This document shows, piece by piece, positions 61,570 to 64,000 of a DNA stretch of 64,000 bases. The notes under the pieces are model-generated. The model made no database searches. It worked only from the letters and a program-made list of their open reading frames with translations, and had not been told where the DNA came from. Numbering within the stretch: position 1 is the first letter of the stretch; every line of letters starts with the position of its first letter. A program made the position numbers and the translations under genes. Origin of the DNA: Hyaloraphidium curvatum SAG 235-1 (taxonomy: Eukaryota; Fungi; Monoblepharomycota); contig JAIVFI010000007.1 of assembly GCA_025558095.1 (NCBI GenBank), forward strand, positions 620,001 to 684,000, given 5' to 3'.

Positions 61570-62240
61570 ATGCGATTTATGGCAAATGATCATGAATCCT
61601 CTTGTGTCTCTCAGTCCCAAATGATGCTCCCTTGAACCCAACGAAGGTAAGCCCGGAAAATTGTCAAGGCTTTTATATTTATAGTTGAGATACTCTGTCT
61701 GAAATCAAAGTGCCACGCGACGCTGCATGCACGTAGCAAGTGACATATGTTCCTAGGAGGACCACCAAAATGGGAGTTCTTGAGCACAGTCCTTCCTCTT
61801 TGATTTAAAAGCCAAGCAGGCATTGAATGGCATTTGTCCAAGCACTGAGGATGGGACAGACTTCCCACTGAGATGCAGAGCCGTCTGCTGCACAGAAGAC
61901 CGGAGTATTCTATCTGAGGTGCTAGCTGCTTTCTTGCTGCTTGGGGGGCTGTTACTTCTTGATTGTCTTTACTTTTGCTGAGCTTGCAATGTTGCCCGTT
62001 GCATGGAGTGAAAGGGACTCGGAAAGCGGTGGACCAAGACCATGCCACTGTGTCCGAGGTGAGGAGTTAGAGCTGCAGGACACCTAGTGCTCCCAACTAC
62101 CCGAAGTCAGATAAGACTTGACCTCACATCATCCCCTTTCTCACTTGTGAATGGAGAGTTTACTGAGTTGCCCTTGCATTGCATATAAATATGCTTTTGC
62201 AGCATTTTTTTTGGGGACCAGTTTACAGCGTCAGAAACCA
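61570..62240. repeat. Degenerate, lower-GC, CpG-poor sequence, probably decayed repeat DNA
   Basis: Abrupt drop in GC and CpG, excess TG/CA, no credible ORF; adjoins transposon fragments. Confidence 0.45.
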
Positions 62241-62379
62241 TGAAGGTGTCAGGAACCCCGTCAGGACCCAGGTGCCAGCTGGGCCCTAGTTGGGACGGAC
62301 TGTACCCGAAGGAGGAGTACCTTGCCGGGGAAAGCACCAGGGACAAAGTGACATGCATGGCCCTTTGTGCTGTCACTCA

Positions 62380-63243
62380 TCAGCCCAAATCTACCTCCCT
62401 GGCATGTCTATATGCGATCACTGGCCAGTACCCTCTTGCAGTTCATGACCATGAGTCGGCTCTCAAGTTCCTCATGCGCATCAAAACAGCTGACCCTGCA
62501 TTGTACCTGCTCTACAAGGAGCTCAAGATCGAGGCACTGAAGGGGTGCTGGAACTGGGCTGCCTTCCTGAGGGAACCACTTGTGTACTATGGTGGAGAGG
62601 AGAGGAGGGAGATGTGGGAGAAGGACACTTTTTCATGGGCCAAGGAGACTGTGGAGAACCTTGTGAAGGGCAAGTTCAGGGAGATCAATGCCCAGAGGCT
62701 CAAGGACAACGACAAACTGCACTTTTGGAGGATGTGTGACATGACCTTTGGCCACATCGGACCATCCCTGATCCGGGTGGAGAAGCACCGGAGGGATGTC
62801 CAAAAGTTGCTGTGCTCTACCCACGACCTGGAGGTGGAGACAGGCAGGCACCAAGGACTTGAGGTGCAGCAGAGAACGTGCAAGCATGACCCTGAGCACA
62901 TTGGAGACGAACAACACTTTCTGTTTCACTGTTCAGCAAATGCGGAGCGGCGCCAGAAGCTGCAGACTAGATTGGAAGCACTAGGCCGCGAGTGGAACAT
63001 GGAGACCTGGCTCTGGGCTCTTAGCATCAAGGAGTTCGAGCCCACGATCAAAGCGAGGCGGCAGAAGGAGAAGGCCCTCAACTCCATTGCCAGCTTCATC
63101 TCAAAGTCCATGAAGGACAGGAAAACTGGGAAAATGAAAAAGACACACGACAACGATGAACTTTGCAATTAGCAGCAAACTCATGGTGTAACAGCGGCCA
63201 AGCCAGGGGCAGGTCCGGGTCACCAATACTATTCTATTCTATC
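62380..63243 (+). mobile_element. 5'-truncated non-LTR retrotransposon (LINE; CR1/L2-like ORF2 C-terminus, 3' UTR and microsatellite tail)
   Basis: LYAITGQYPL, HDLEVETGRH...RTC....GDEQHFLFHC C-terminal motif; stop at 63172; ends CAATACTATTCTATTCTAT. Confidence 0.75.
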
Positions 63244-64000
63244 TTCACCAAAATCGATGTAGCAGCAGCCTACTACCAAGTCAGAGTTGCCAAAGGCCAC
63301 GAGTGGAAAACTGCATTCAAAACTCGCTACGGAAGTTACGAGTACTTGGTGATGCCATTTGGGCTCAGGAACGCACCCAGTGCTTTTCAGCGCTACATGA
63401 ATACGATTTTCATCGAGTTCCTGGACGATTGGTTGGTATCTACTTGGATGACTTGCTGGTATACGACAAAGACCCAAGCAAGCACGCAGAGCACGTGAAG
63501 CAGGTGCTGCAGGTGTTGAAGGACAACAACTTGCAGGCCAGGCCACACAAATGCGTCTGGGACGCAACGGAAGTCATCTACGCAGGTTTCCTGATCACGG
63601 AGAAAGGGTACCAGCCACACCCGAAAGATGTCAAGGCCATCCTGGATTGGGCGGAACCCAGGAATGTAAAGGAACTGAGGACGTTTCTTGGCTTTGCCAG
63701 CTACCTGCGAAGATACGTGGAAGGGTTTGCAAGGAAAGCAATGCCCCTCTACAAGTTGTTGAAGAAAGAGCAAGCATGGGAGTGGACAAAGGAATGCAGG
63801 AAGGCGTTTGAGGACTTGAAACGCGCATTCACAACACCGCCACCAGTGTTGCTCCACCCTGACTTTGACAAGCAGTTCGTGATGGAGACGGACAGTTCTG
63901 CTTTTGCGATCAGTGCAATTCTGTTGCAGCAAGGGGAGGATGAACAGCTGCACCCGGTGTGCTACTTCTCAAGGGCAATGTCGAAGACCGAAGGGGACGA
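63244..64000 (+). mobile_element. Ty3/gypsy LTR retrotransposon pol fragment (RT and start of RNase H), frameshifted
   Basis: FTKID...[39 protein letters not shown]; frameshift near 63435 just before YLDD; FLGFASYLRRYV; PDFDKQFVMETDSS..AI.AILLQ...HPVCYFS. Confidence 0.92.

Noticed and set aside
62247-62353. TGTCA...TGACA-bounded 107-bp segment resembling a solo LTR
   Set aside because: Very short, no target-site duplication, no second copy in the window

Overview
This is eukaryotic, very gene-dense and GC-rich DNA. It has many short spliceosomal introns (mostly 45-90 nt; donors GTGGG/GTGCG/GTACG plus several GC donors; CTGAC/CTAAC-like branch points). Gene content (PEX19, ELP5, CCR4, XRN1, ADP1-type ABCG, LOA1/VPS66, Crz1-like) points to a fungus, probably an early-diverging chytrid-grade lineage (inference). 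About 36 protein genes fill 1-61.5 kb, mostly as head-to-head pairs with 70-360 bp shared promoters. From ~61.6 kb the DNA turns into a lower-GC, CpG-poor repeat block holding a 5'-truncated LINE joined to a frameshifted Ty3/gypsy pol. The standout is a divergent pair at 30.3-33.7 kb: an intronless, bacterial-looking class II fumarase and a bacterial-looking malic enzyme with one intron. This is a likely horizontally acquired fumarate-malate-pyruvate module, ~27 kb from the native 12-intron mitochondrial fumarase. Other highlights: a 3-nt microexon in the native fumarase, a BCL7-like protein, a Ptc5 with both mitochondrial and peroxisomal signals, a possible membrane-anchored PIMT isoform, and an 89-bp duplication covering the stop codons of two convergent genes. 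Exon boundaries were called by eye, and family names come from recognised motifs, not database searches.
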